The position numbers and the translations under genes are program-made. Below are positions 24,350 through 35,720 of a stretch of 64,000 nt of DNA, piece by piece. The stretch is from the NCBI GenBank assembly GCA_030141605.1, contig JAQGDQ010000194.1:62001-126000 (forward strand), in the 5' to 3' direction. This DNA comes from Tubiluchus corallicola (Eukaryota > Animalia > Priapulida). The notes under the pieces were generated by a model. It did not search any database. It was not told the DNA's origin and saw only the letters and a list, made by a program, of their open reading frames with translations. How positions within the stretch are numbered: position 1 is the stretch's first letter; every line of letters begins with the position of its first letter.

Positions 24350-27300
24350 ATAATGCTACTTTCTAGTTATTTTAGTTTATATGTACATTTTCTGTTGTTT
24401 AGGTTGGAAAAGAGGCTATTAAAAATTTGCAGATGTCAGATAAATTTTCTCCTGCTTTTCGGATTCTTCTTGAACGAACGAATGATAATGAACTTTTAAC
24501 AAGTTTGGGTAAGAGATCTATTGAAAGCATGTGTTGTTTCAGGGCTAGATTAAGCATGTGGGAGGTCTGGGGGCCACAGACTCCCTTTCTAACTTCCCCT
24601 ATTGCATACACCACAGATTAGTAACCTAAATCCAAATATATAAATAAGATACTTTTAGTTAGGAAATACTGAACGGAGACTATTCTTCCAATGGTATACA
24701 GTAGTCCCCTCTTAATAGACTCACTTTGGGACCGACGTGTTTTGACCCAATTAACCGATTGAACCTATTAACCGATGGGTGTAGTATTACTGCTATAGAG
24801 GTATGAGTCATCAGCTTACTATGCACTGTAAAGGCTTTTAATCAATTTTAGAAACGAAGTAATGCCTAAATTCCTTTGTGCAGTTAAAAATTATATATAA
24901 GTGAATTAACAATAAATTAATTGTTAGATCTTTACGCTTATGCTCCACTTTTCAAACTTCTTAACTCTATGCCCTTATTTGCTGTATGCTGTTTACTCTT
25001 GTAAGTCACAAGGAATACTAGCTGATTACTGTACCTGCATGTTTGACTATTAACTCATTAAGCCTGAAACAGTGACTTGCAACTAGAACATCAAAAGGAA
25101 ACCGCTAGGCAAGCGATTTTAAGCGATTTAAAAATGTTTAGCTTCCAGAAATTCTTTGGGTAACGAGGTTAATTGCAGTGGGCGAGCGGGTAACAGATTC
25201 AAAGCAAAACCGCTACACTAGCGTATTATATTCCCCAAATTATTTCAATAAAAAAATTTAAAATACTCACACTAGTCTCGTCTATTAAAATTAATTTGCC
25301 TATGTAGTGTTCCCCGAGATTTCATAAATTTCGTATGAGTCTTTTCTTTAAAATGGCAACGCCTTTTACATATCATCACAGCCTATATTGGTGGGTAGCC
25401 CTGGGCCCGGGCTTCCGCCCCCCCCCCCTTAATCCAGTACTGTGTTGTCTATGAAGTGGTAAATTACATTAGTTTAACGAAACAACATATTTAGAGATAT
25501 TGAAACACTTTTTACCTTGGATCCAGTAAGAGATATTTCATCAAAGAATGTAGTTGTGAGTTTCCCAAATGTTAATACAGTATAATAAGAAACAGACGAA
25601 TAACAAACAACATACTCCAACAAATGAACAAAAAACAAATGCAACAATATGCAACTCTATACCTTTTTCGAGTGTGTTGTATAAAGATATTTTCCTAGTA
25701 CCAAACTTTCCTTTTGCTACACTTTCTCTGTATCAAATTTGTCTTGAAATAAACTTTTCCAGTACTGAACTTTTCTGGCATCAAACCTGTTCTGCACCAT
25801 TTTTACCTTCTACTAGATTTACTTGTACCAAAAATACTTGACAAAACTTGACTAGTTCTGTATTTACCAGTAAGACATTTTTCCTGTACACAGTTTTCCT
25901 AGTGCTAAATTTTTCTTGTACCAAAGATTTCTTGTAGCAAATTTCCTGGCACCAAAATTTCCTCATGCCAAAATTATCAGGATCAAATTTACTTGTACCA
26001 AACTTGCTAGCACCAAACTTACTGATCACCAGGTAGCCTATATGCCTATGTGTTATTTAATGTAAAATCATTGTATTTATTTAAAACAGTAGTGTAAACT
26101 TTATTAAAAGTTAAACTTTGAAAAGCCGTAAAATTAATTATTTGACAAAGCAAACAGTTTATTTTTTGAAAAACTTGGTTATTTTTACCTGCTGCCAGAA
26201 AATTGCAGCACAGTTTTTCTCAATGAGATTGCGCATGACTTTTGAAAGCACATGGGGTATACATATTTATCAGTTGCTGATGAAGACTAAAAAATGCTGA
26301 AGTTTAGCAATGGCTTCGTCTACATCATTCAATTTATCATGTTGACAAACTAATTCTTTAATGTGTCTGAACCATCTTCATTGCTTTTTTCTGACTGTAC
26401 GTTACCAATATAGCAGGCCTAGTAGCTGTAGAATCACCACATGTCTGTGGTGGTGACTTGACACACCTTGATCAATGAATTAACCCCAGGGTGCACAGTG
26501 ACCTTTTTGCCCTTAGAGAATTGTGCCCAATTACCCAATGTTTTAGAATTCACATCCTTATATGCAGGGAAGTAAAATCCATAATAAGAAAAACACCTGA
26601 TCTCTTAGTAAGTAAGGTTTAAATAAATTATTTAATCCTAAGATTTGGTGGGACTCTGAATTTTATCCATAATAATCATTATCACAGGCCTCATTTTAAG
26701 TGGATTATACTGTACTTACTGTCCTTTTTTGATTAGGTTCTCATTTTTTGCGGAAGGCACATTTTCTGGAAGCTACATTGCATCGTGTGAACTTGTGTTT
26801 GGCAAGGTATTTAAAGCGAGAACAAACTGAGATGGAAAACAGGATTTCTAGTTTTAGAGAAGCCCAGAAATTTGAGTTTGCCCATTCACGAGAAAGAGCC
26901 CTATTTGACAAAGCTGCTATTGTCAGGTAAAAATTTCTTCAAATAAAAAATGGGAATTGGCATACTTAACCTGATTTCAAAATATTGTAGTAGCAGGGCC
27001 GAAATTATAGTGCTGTCATGATGGCATAATATTGTAACTTGTAAGCAATTTCATACTTACTAGTTTTTTTGACACCTACTTATATAAGGTGAGCGCTTGC
27101 AAAATGTAAATTTATACTGCATGTTTTCTCTTTAAGGTAGTTTCGTAGTGCAAAATAATATGCATTAATAGTATAATCATTATATCAGTATGCGCTCAAA
27201 AATATCCGTACCTCAAGATCGAGGTGGCTTTTCAAGGAACTCGCATTTGTTTCTTGAATGTCACTCAGTGGCTGAATAACTTAAATGTATAAAATGTATA

Positions 27301-30300
27301 AAGCACTTTTTTGAGAATGCAGATCCATTCATTTGCCTCTCTGTAACGATGTACATTATTAACCTCTACATTTAATAACCTCATTCTTTATCTGTAGGTT
27401 AACAGCCCAAATAAGGAAGCCTTTTACTATCACAATAGCAATATGATGTGTAGGAATTTTGGAAATTTTGAAATTATTAGGAAAACTGAATTAGTATTTC
27501 TGAGTGAATAAGAAATATGGTTTTTCTGCATCTTTACCTTTAATGAGTATCAGAAGTATTGTACTAAAATTACCAAACTGTAAATTTAAATTAATCATTT
27601 CTTTCTCTCGCAGTATTTTAATGAGCTTGGACGAACCTACCAGAACACAAGACAACAACTCTGCTTCATCTTCGAACACTAATAGTAAGGCCTTTTCATT
27701 AAATTGTACAAGATGCTGAGACACTGTTGTCAATGAAACTACTGTCAGTGTAAACAACAAATGTAGAAATTTATTTTATGGTAATATGCTATTAGCCAAA
27801 CCCCACAAAAAAGTTTTGCATGTCACAACTGCACTACACCACTCACACCATACCACATGATGCTACAGCACCCACATCGTAACACCCAAGTATGTAATAT
27901 GCATCATGCCATATCATACCCATTTCACCACCCACACCATGCCACTGCCACCATTATTGAAACCCCACAAAAAAGTTTTGCACGTTCAAACCACAACTGC
28001 ACCACACCACTTACAGCATACTGCATACCACAGCACCCACATCATAACACCCAACTACATAACGTGCATCATGCCATATCATATCCATCACACCACCCAC
28101 ACCATGCCCTTGCCACTATTATTGATGGTGATGAAGACATTTGCATAATCAAAAATGCGAAAACTTTTTGTGTAGTGTTTTGTTTAATATTATATATATT
28201 ACCTTTATTTCGTACAATTCATTAAATAAATGTACTTTATTAATAGTTAGCAAATTTAGTAAATAAATTATTATTAATAATAATTTGTGGACGGTAGGTT
28301 AAGTACTCCACCAATTGCTAACAAAGATGTCTTAATAATATTTCCATTAATAATGGTGTCTCTGTTCGCACTATTAAAACATTGTTTCATAAAATCATTT
28401 ACTTTTAATTTACATGACAGTAAAGCAGCACTATTACTAATCCCTAGTGAACTGCTTAAATATTTTAAGTTAAACCCAGTTGTGTTTCTGACATTATTGC
28501 TAGTGATTTTACAAATATACTGCACAGAGATGTTCGATGACAAGACGTTGCCTTATAAAGTTTACAACTCTAACAGAAACATGCCACATCGGAAAGCTTA
28601 AATCAGTAATCATGGGCAGTAAAGTAAATTACTGTGTGTGCGTCATGCTAAAAAAATTCCTAATCCCAATATTCCATGTGGTATTTAACCGATCTAGACT
28701 CTTCGTATCTAATCATCAAGATTGGCAGCCATAATAAGCAGAACAATAGGTTTTTATTATTTTATCTTTAAGCAGCACATTTATGGATTTGAAACTCGTA
28801 ATAATTATGTTAAACTGACTTATTGGTTCACCTCGTTTTTTTAAAGACATCCTTGTCATCTGTTAAGTCATATGTAATAATATTAGCTAAGTGAATGCCC
28901 TGGTCCACCCAAGTTAAAGGAACTTTCTGTAGATAAATTTTGGGCAGAGCAGTTAGGCACATACTTTTTATTTTGGTTCCATTGATATTTACAAAATTTA
29001 CCTTCTAACAATACAGTGATGGTGATAGGCTAACAAAAATTTTTTCAGTCAAGCTTAGGTCGACCTTGCTAAAGAACTTTGCGAACTTTATCTCACCAAA
29101 AGAGATTTTGATGAAAACATTCGTTTTGGCTTAAAGGTCCAAAATATTGTTTATTTGTAATATTTCCATTTTATTACTGGAAAACGTTGTTTTACAAGCA
29201 AGCTAAATGCCAATAATGCTCTTGTGTCACCAAAACTTGGATCATATGATGTTATTTTTAAATTAAAGCTCATGTGTTACTTAATGCAATGTAATATTCC
29301 ATATATTTTTTTACAGAACTCATCCCTTCAGTTCTGAATACAGGAACTGAAGTTTCTAAGATACACGTATTACCTGAGCAGTTACCTGTTTCAAGGTTTT
29401 CTAATTCTGACCTATCTAGTCCTACACCAGTCTCACAGGATAGTTCACTACCTATCAGAGGATGTGCGATGGACGCTAATGATGGTATGGCAAAATTTTA
29501 AATGGAAATATTTAAATGTGAGCTACCATTTTTTTCCTTGTGGAATTAGATAGTTTCTTTTAGTATTTGTGGTTGTAATGTTTATGTCTGGCAGTTATGT
29601 TCTAAGAACTTAATGTTCTATTTTCAGATGTATTTTTCTTAGAAGATTTGAACAATGGTAACGAAGAGTTTGTTACCGGTGCCTTCTATGAATCAGATGA
29701 TGAGATAGACACTGATGGTATCTGAACCTCATACTTCATATTATTTAATATGGAGATTGTTCCAAAAATGAACAAGAATGAAAGTAACAAAATTTTGATT
29801 TTACTGTGAAAGATCGATTAATTCAATCACAACTGTTAGTGAATTTTTTTTTGGCAGACCGTTGTTTAAATTTAGAGTCGTAGACTGAAAAAGAGATTCT
29901 TCACAAACCTCTTTAAAGCTTAGATACATTCAACTTTGCTTAATTCTTACCACTGGAAAAAGAAGAAATTGTTTGTAAATGAACTAATGCTGCAGACGGA
30001 AATGCAGTGGAATTCATTTGAGCTTCAGGTACAGTGTGAGGTAACAGGAAATACAAATTAAGCAGATTTGACAGTACTGAGTTTGAAATTATGATTTATA
30101 ATTTTTTAGCACTTTATTTATTTACAGATTCTTCGAGTACTAATGAGCCTGACCGCATTGGCTCAGCCAGACGATATGTATCTCAGATTATGCCTCACTC
30201 TCTTCCTGTGGCTATGCCTGATTTTGGAAGTAGTCAAGTTCCCATTGATAATGACAGTGCTGGTCAAGTATGTAGCACATATTAAGTTATAAGCTTCATG

Positions 30301-31519
30301 CAGTAGTAGCTCAGTAATTTTCAATTGAAAAGAAATGTCCAAGAAATTTTCACAAATGCTAGGAATTGCCTATGAAATCCCCATCACTGGTGTTCTCGGG
30401 TTCAACTGAGTCCAATAGCGTTTATATCCTGACAATGTCCAGATATATTTAATACTTAAAGAAAAATTGATATAGATGGGATGCAAGCTATAGACATAAA
30501 AATATTTTTGTTATTCTAGGCTTGATATTACGAAGTTATGTTAAAGATAATGTTGAAGCTTTCATTTCTTTAACTTTTGAAAGTAAAAATGTTGACATTC
30601 TTGCATCTTAAGCTTCTTTCTTATAGATTATTTCAGAAAAAACTTCTGCTGCCAAAATGTTTTCGGCACTGTAGCGTTTCATCGATTTGTTGGGCCCGTC
30701 TTTTCTTTTTGAAAATCTGTTTCTTGCAGTGTTATTATAATTGCCAGGGACACCAGAAACACTAGTATATATCATTTGCGATTTTAGTTAAACATTCAGT
30801 GCAGCAGTTGTTACATAGTAATATTATTACATTGATGCAGTTATGCTTAGAGTGAGTTGCATTACAATATGTACTACACCTCAGCTATGTGTTTGACTTC
30901 CAGAGCTAAAGGATTCAGCCTATTTTGAACTATTATTTTAACTTTGACTCTGTGCTCTTATCATGCATGTTTTATAAATAAGTGTTTTATGAATAAAGGT
31001 GTTTAAAGTTTGCTCAAGCACCTGGTGGGATAAATGCTTATATTGCTTTGTAACTGGATGACGCCATTTTTCGATCCAAAATAAAAGGAAAGAGCGCAGT
31101 CAAGCTTAAAGTGGTTGCGACTTTAAACTGATTTTACTAATTACATGAGGCACTTAACACAGTTATATTGCTGAAACTTTCTAACATTTATCTCCGATAT
31201 TAAGATAAGCTCAACTTCCCGAGAGATTTGGCTTTTGCTTTAAAGACCGAACCTTGCAACCCCTGCTGCATGTTGTATTGTGTTTGCATTTTGTATATAA
31301 ATAATTTTGCAACAAAGATCTTCCATATTTTTGTTAGTATGTAAAGACTATTTGTTGTTAATGCAATGCTGTTGTTTTTAAAAGGTACATCCGGAATGTC
31401 CTGAAGACATGGCTGCATCCATCAAAGCACTGGCACAGTCCGTTCATGGTTCTGACATTTTTGGTGAACTGCCTCGTCCAAGATTATTCTCCTTGTCTTC
31501 CAAACCACCTCTGAAGTGA
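22483..31519 (+). CDS. AKT1S1: PRAS40 / proline-rich AKT1 substrate 1 (Drosophila Lobe-like) mTORC1 inhibitor; 9 coding exons, 401 aa
   Basis: Exons 22483-22655, 23393-23525, 24403-24508, 26737-26926, 27614-27684, 29317-29484, 29628-29717, 30128-30267, 31385-31519. All introns are GT-AG with consistent phases; total 1206 nt. C-terminal PRAS motifs HSLPV, DMAASIKALAQSV and FGELPRPRLFS (Akt RxRxxS); TOS-like FFLED followed by an acidic tract. Confidence 0.88.
23393..23525 (+). CDS. AKT1S1: PRAS40 exon (EHSYLKQKRKVGDWHVTKCLICNVSVF...KKVL)
   Basis: TTTTAG acceptor, TTG|GTAGGC donor, phase 2 to 0. Confidence 0.85.
23607..24346 (-). mobile_element. Possible decayed non-autonomous Helitron
   Basis: Left end CTAGCTGAAATACCCGG is the reverse of a Helitron-type hairpin + CTAG 3' end. 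The right part has two AAACCTTCCC-containing repeats and ends in an (AT)n tract. The termini are degenerate. Confidence 0.35.
24315..24346. repeat. (AT)16 microsatellite
   Basis: Read directly from the sequence. Confidence 0.95.
24403..24508 (+). CDS. AKT1S1: PRAS40 exon (VGKEAIKNLQMSDKFSPAFRILLE...TSL)
   Basis: TTTAG acceptor, G|GTAAGA donor. Confidence 0.85.
24540..25442. mobile_element. hAT-type non-autonomous element carrying a nested pogo-like insertion
   Basis: TIRs CAGGGCTAGATTAAG / CTTAATCCAGTACTG (12/15); 8-bp TSD TGTTGTTT (24532-24539) / TGTTGTCT (25443-25450), 7/8 identical. Confidence 0.8.
24699..25230 (+). mobile_element. pogo/Tigger-like element, copy 1 (3' end truncated), nested in the hAT element
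   Basis: Starts TA|CAGTAGTCCCCTCTTAATAGACTCAC; collinear similarity with 63481-63915 (e.g. GTGTTTTGACCCAA, GTATGAGTCATCA, GGTAACAGATTCAAAGCAAAACC). Confidence 0.75.
25695..26035. repeat. Degenerate 15-bp-period minisatellite (consensus roughly TGTACCAAATTTTCC, about 20 or more units)
   Basis: GYACCAAA cores recur about every 15 bp; this produces the SKFGA/SKFGT pseudo-repeat in ORF 25781..26029. Confidence 0.8.
26737..26926 (+). CDS. AKT1S1: PRAS40 exon, coiled-coil-like (YLKREQTEMENRISSFREAQ)
   Basis: Overlaps ORF-track entry 26748..26930; AG|GTAAAA donor. Confidence 0.85.
27614..27684 (+). CDS. AKT1S1: PRAS40 exon (ILMSLDEPTRTQDNNSASSSNTN)
   Basis: CTCTCGCAG acceptor, A|GTAAGG donor. Confidence 0.8.
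27798..28125. repeat. Tandem duplication of a 162-bp CAC-rich unit
   Basis: CCCCACAAAAAAGTTTTGCA at 27801 and 27963; CATCATGCCATATCAT and CACCACCCACACCATGCC occur in both units. Confidence 0.9.
28215..28750 (-). mobile_element. Decayed 3' fragment of a CR1/L2-group LINE ORF2
   Basis: Minus-strand translation YCSAYYGCQS**LDTKSLDRLNTTWNIGIRNFF...LLP, then ...VQYICKITSNNVRNTTGFNLKYL (ORF 28274..28543), resembles post-RT C-terminal regions of such LINEs; contains stop codons. Confidence 0.55.
29317..29484 (+). CDS. AKT1S1: PRAS40 exon, Ser/Pro-rich linker
   Basis: TTTTACAG acceptor, G|GTATGG donor, open frame. Confidence 0.8.
29628..29717 (+). CDS. AKT1S1: PRAS40 exon with TOS-like motif (DVFFLEDL...FYESDDEIDTD)
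   Basis: TTTTCAG acceptor, G|GTATCT donor. Confidence 0.85.
30128..30267 (+). CDS. AKT1S1: PRAS40 exon (…IMPHSLPVAMPDF…)
   Basis: TTACAG acceptor, CAA|GTATGT donor, SLP motif. Confidence 0.88.
31385..31519 (+). CDS. AKT1S1: PRAS40 last coding exon (…EDMAASIKALAQSVHGSDIFGELPRPRLFSLSSKPPLK*)
   Basis: TTTTTAAAAG acceptor; PRAS C-terminal motifs; TGA at 31517-31519. Confidence 0.92.
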   Translation, partial: VHPECPEDMAASIKALAQSVHGSDIFGELPRPRLFSLSSKPPLK

Positions 31520-32049
31520 TATTCGTGACCATGTGACTTTTTGTGATTATGGCCAAAGTAAAAAATACCAAATACAAGCTTGTGATCATGTTTTTCAACC
31601 GGTTTTAACTGTTAATTTGTTGAATCACCTAATATCATTTTTATTGTGCAGTGTTAGATTTTTGGAACATGGGTGTAATCTGTATGAAGTGGTGTGTGGA
31701 CAAGGTCAAACATATTATTTTTGGGCCTTGGCTAAGTCAACTTTTGTGCTCTAATCTATTTGTGGGCTGCTTACTTACAGTGACTATTTGAAGATTTAAA
31801 AATGGAATAGCAGTCATATTTTGTTTTTGAACCATTTATTGATGTATTAAATGACATCAGTAAAATTCATTATACTGTTTTCTAAGTGGTGTTTTAAACA
31901 ACTTTCATTCAGTAAGCCAACTAGGTGATGCTTACTGTAAATTACACTGTTCCATACATGATCAGCATTTTTTAGAATTTCAATGTGCTATACATGTACA
32001 AGAAGAAATATTTAAGTAGAAATTAGTTACTATTAGAAATTAGCTTGTA

Positions 32050-32457
32050 CAGTCTAGCCTCGTTATCTCGCCCCTCGTTATGCAACCAAACTCGTCTCTC
32101 GCCATAGAAAGTACCAGGATGGATTTCCTGCTTTGATATTTACCTCGTTAGGTTGCCTCCCTCGCCACGTCATGCTAGGATGAGTGCTTATGTAAACTAT
32201 ATTCGTTATGTCGCCAAACAGACACACTCAGAGGTGAATCGATCAATACATATACCGCGTGTCGATCAATATAACCGCGGTATGTAGACAATGCTGCTGT
32301 ATTTCTGATTTAATATTGATTAGTATCATAATGCGAAATATATTTTATATGTACATAGAGGAACACTATGTTAATCAACTATTATGTATATACATGTAGA
32401 CTAACTCACCAAAAATTTGCCCTAGACGGACAGTGGCGAGATAACGAGACTAGACTG
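32050..32457. mobile_element. pogo/Tigger-like MITE, 408 bp
   Basis: 23-bp TIRs CAGTCTAGCCTCGTTATCTCGCC / GGCGAGATAACGAGACTAGACTG (1 mismatch); TA on both flanks (32048-32049, 32458-32459). Confidence 0.9.
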
Positions 32458-33124
32458 TAATTTGTAAATTTGAAATATATATAATATATTATTTATACAT
32501 AATATACATAATTATTATTTGTACTTAAAATGCAAAAATAAGCTGGTGATAGCTTCTCATAATACCTTTAAGTCTGGATTTTTTTAGATTTTTTTAAAAT
32601 TCACGTAATAACAATTCATGCCGCAATCTGCCTAGACAGTACACAGCCAAATAAATTATAACTCATTATCAAGGTACCAGATGACAACGATTAGTAAAAG
32701 CTGTTTTGATATAAGCCACATGATATGTCATAAGCGAAAATTACAATCAGTGTCAATGCAAAAAATACATTTACGTGTAAAGTAACCTTTATACTCAATA
32801 TGATGGTGGCTATGTTTTCTCACAAAAGTTTAGTATAATCTATAATGTAAATTACAATCTAGGTCAAGGCAGAAAATATAGTATGTCGATATCATCAGTC
32901 AACAATGCCACTTTTCTGAGAGCTCTGTAGTTCAAACTGTTATCAATTTTATTACATAACTGCTACAGTTATTTATTATTCACAGTTTACAGGTGAGAAA
33001 AAGTGAAAAAATGTATTAAGTATGACACCACTAATATATAATGTAACAATATATGTAACTCAGAAAAGTGACATTGTTTCTGTCTGTAGATCCACTACAA
33101 TTTACACGTGGCGCGTAAAGTAAG

Positions 33125-33290
33125 GAAGATATTTTACTTATCAAAAGCATAAAAAATACATACTGCAACTTTTCCTCCATTCACGTCCTTTTTAGGCATT
33201 TGATCAAGAATGTTTGTTTTGCGAGTGACGGTAAGAACAGCTGCAGTGCTGCTTGGTTTGTAGCCAGCTTTGAGAGATATCTGTAACCAG
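33125..33290 (-). mobile_element. Highly decayed LINE reverse-transcriptase fragment
   Basis: Translation KAGYKPSSTAAVLTVT...NIL...NGGKVAVCIFYAFDK* resembles the RT motif QxGFRxxxST..L...I...DxGK..hhFhDxxKAFD. Confidence 0.45.
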
Positions 33291-35369
33291 CAAAATGATA
33301 ACATATTTTAATAGACCTCAAACTTTTTTTCCGTTAAATGCACTACTAAATATGTACAGCCAAAGTTACCATTCACAATGCATAATTCATAGATCTCCCA
33401 ACAAATAGCCGAATAAAAATTGTTTTAGAAAAAAGTTGTGTGAAAGCCTTTAAAACAACAAGCAGAAACACAAATAACTTAAATAATGTGAAGGCAAATT
33501 ACTAATAAGATTGATGCCTGCAAGCAAGTCATTAAATTCTGCAGCTTAACATTATTTGTGTTGCTAGGATATTACACAAATATCAAGTGATAGGTAATGA
33601 AATAAAGATAATAATTATTTAAGTAAAGAAATATTACCCAATGGCTTAACTTTATTAGGTTTTTAATGTTATACACTTGTCACTGTTACTAATTAGATGG
33701 ACTGCAATGCTGTATTCTCGGTTATACATTGTGTAAAAAATAAGAGCTTACCAAACCACCAAAGCTATAGATATTATACCACTCAGTCATGATATAAAGT
33801 CATGCACCATTGCAGCATTGAACTAGAAATTTGAAACTGCTAATTTGCCGAGTCTTTTACGTTTTGTTCTTACTGTGACCTAGTAGTGTTGAGCTGGCAC
33901 GAGATGGTATATAGAAGATGCATATCATTAGAAGATTATACCCAATTGCTGGCTGTTCTCATCAGTGGCGTAAGTACTTGTGGCACACGGAGGCATAAGA
34001 ATTCCAGTGCCGTATCTTTTTAATGTTTTAATCATGTGTTTTGATGGTGAAGCCAAAAATTGCACACGCTTTTTGCATCTCTGAAATGTTTTTATATCAT
34101 ATTTATTCACATTATTAACACGAATTAACTCTTAATAGTCTATTTTTCATTCATATTCACATGTCCCTAGCCAAGCAATAAATGTGCAAAATGTAAAAAT
34201 GACTTATGTTATGAGTAAGCTACACTGTTATGACAATGCTTCTTATCTGTTATATTATGTGTAGTTGCAAGTTTGCTAATTTTACATTGTAGTGTTGGCC
34301 CATAGTGATGTCAATGGGATTGGTAAATTGCTTTTTCCAGTGTATAGCTAAAAATCATGCTTTTGATGGATTGAACTGGAATTGTGCTTGAACTGGAAGT
34401 GTTGTACTTGAGTACCTAAGTACAATAACAGAAAGACACAAGTAGTACTAATAGTGCTGTATTTTTAGACTTAAACTCTTAAAAACTGCAACTTGTGAGC
34501 ACATCATTGCATGCTCAAAAATTCTCTGTCATTAGTAATGAGTGATTTGTTCAAGTTGTGATTGATAGCTCATTATTATTTTTTTATAAGATTGCTAATG
34601 AGATTAATTAAGAAATTGTACCAACATTGTATATTTTTGTGGAGCCTCTATGAGAACATGTTCATTAATTATTAGCTCAGAAAAATTATGTTAATTTTTG
34701 AAGCAAACTAAAATTTTAAAGAAATGCAAAAAGTGTTATTTGCTGGAATACAGTATAATTAAGAATAACCCAAATAAAAACTTGATGTTTCACATTCTCA
34801 GAATTGTCTATTTATCATTTGTGCACTTTTTACCTTTGTTGAAAAAAGTTAATCTTTATAATTAAAGTATTATAATAATGATGTTACAAACGCACAAGTA
34901 ATTGAATTTCGATACCAAACTTGAAAGACAGGAAATGAGGAAAAGTCGGGATGCTGTAGATGCCTTGGCCACTAGGCTATCACATGTGGTCAAGGCCATC
35001 TAAAGTTCATCTCTTATGTGATAGAAAAATTTAATGGCGTATTTATTATAACAACATCAATAATAGTCTTGATAATTCAGGTCTTGTGTTCAAATCCTAA
35101 CTAGTCCACAATTTTCAGCGTTTCCTCTCTTTCAACTCATTACCCGCAATGGGTAATATTATATGTAAAATAAACTGCAATGGTTTATGAACATTCTGGC
35201 ATTCAGTCATAATCTAATTAATGGTAATCTTGACAATTTTTTATACTTTTGAATATTTTTTTATTAACCCAAAACATAAAACTGCGCAGAAATGTTGAAA
35301 ATATATCTTGATCATTAAATTTTGAAGTGATATATTGTTATTAATTTTATACACTGTAATTACTGTTGT

Positions 35370-35720
35370 CAAGTGCAAGATGGCAAGCACCGAGCCAAAT
35401 TTTGTTAGAAAATTACGTCTTCTTCCGCGCGATGGCACCACAAGATCAAATATTTGTTCATATATTTTGTAAATTTCTAAATAGAGGTACGAAAGGGATA
35501 CTGTTGTTTTGGTTGAATTTAGTTGCAAAATTTCGAATACTGTTCATTTACATCTCAGATTTTTTCACACTCAGATATATATAGTTTTTAAAATAAAAGA
35601 GTGACATGTTAAAAGTAGTCTACTTTTTTGTTAAGGTTTCATAACACTGTCCTAGAAGTTTTAATTCCGAAACAGCCATGACGAACCTCTCCCACTCAGT
35701 CTTGCGCTCGATTTCCTATT
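35370..35720 (+). promoter_or_regulatory. Putative HIPK promoter
   Basis: CpG reappears after a CpG-poor stretch; YY1-like CAAGATGGC near 35376; initiator-like TCAGTC at 35696-35701, upstream of a donor at 36044/36045. Confidence 0.45.

Noticed and set aside
25569-26029. ORFs with SKFGA/SKFGT pentapeptide repeats
   Set aside because: Artefact of the 15-bp minisatellite; no frame is held across the array.
27857-28225. His/Thr/Pro-rich ORFs resembling a metal-binding repeat protein
   Set aside because: Explained by the CAC-rich 162-bp tandem duplication, which is open in several frames inside a PRAS40 intron.
33130-34110. Apparent small spliced minus-strand gene (MTEWYNIYSFGGL|ISLKAGYKPSS...)
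   Set aside because: The second piece resembles a decayed LINE RT motif and the upstream piece has stops in all three frames; not supportable as a gene without RNA data.
34986-35100. Possible tRNA gene (A-box- and B-box-like words)
   Set aside because: The boxes are about 100 bp apart and there is no cloverleaf; at most a SINE relic.
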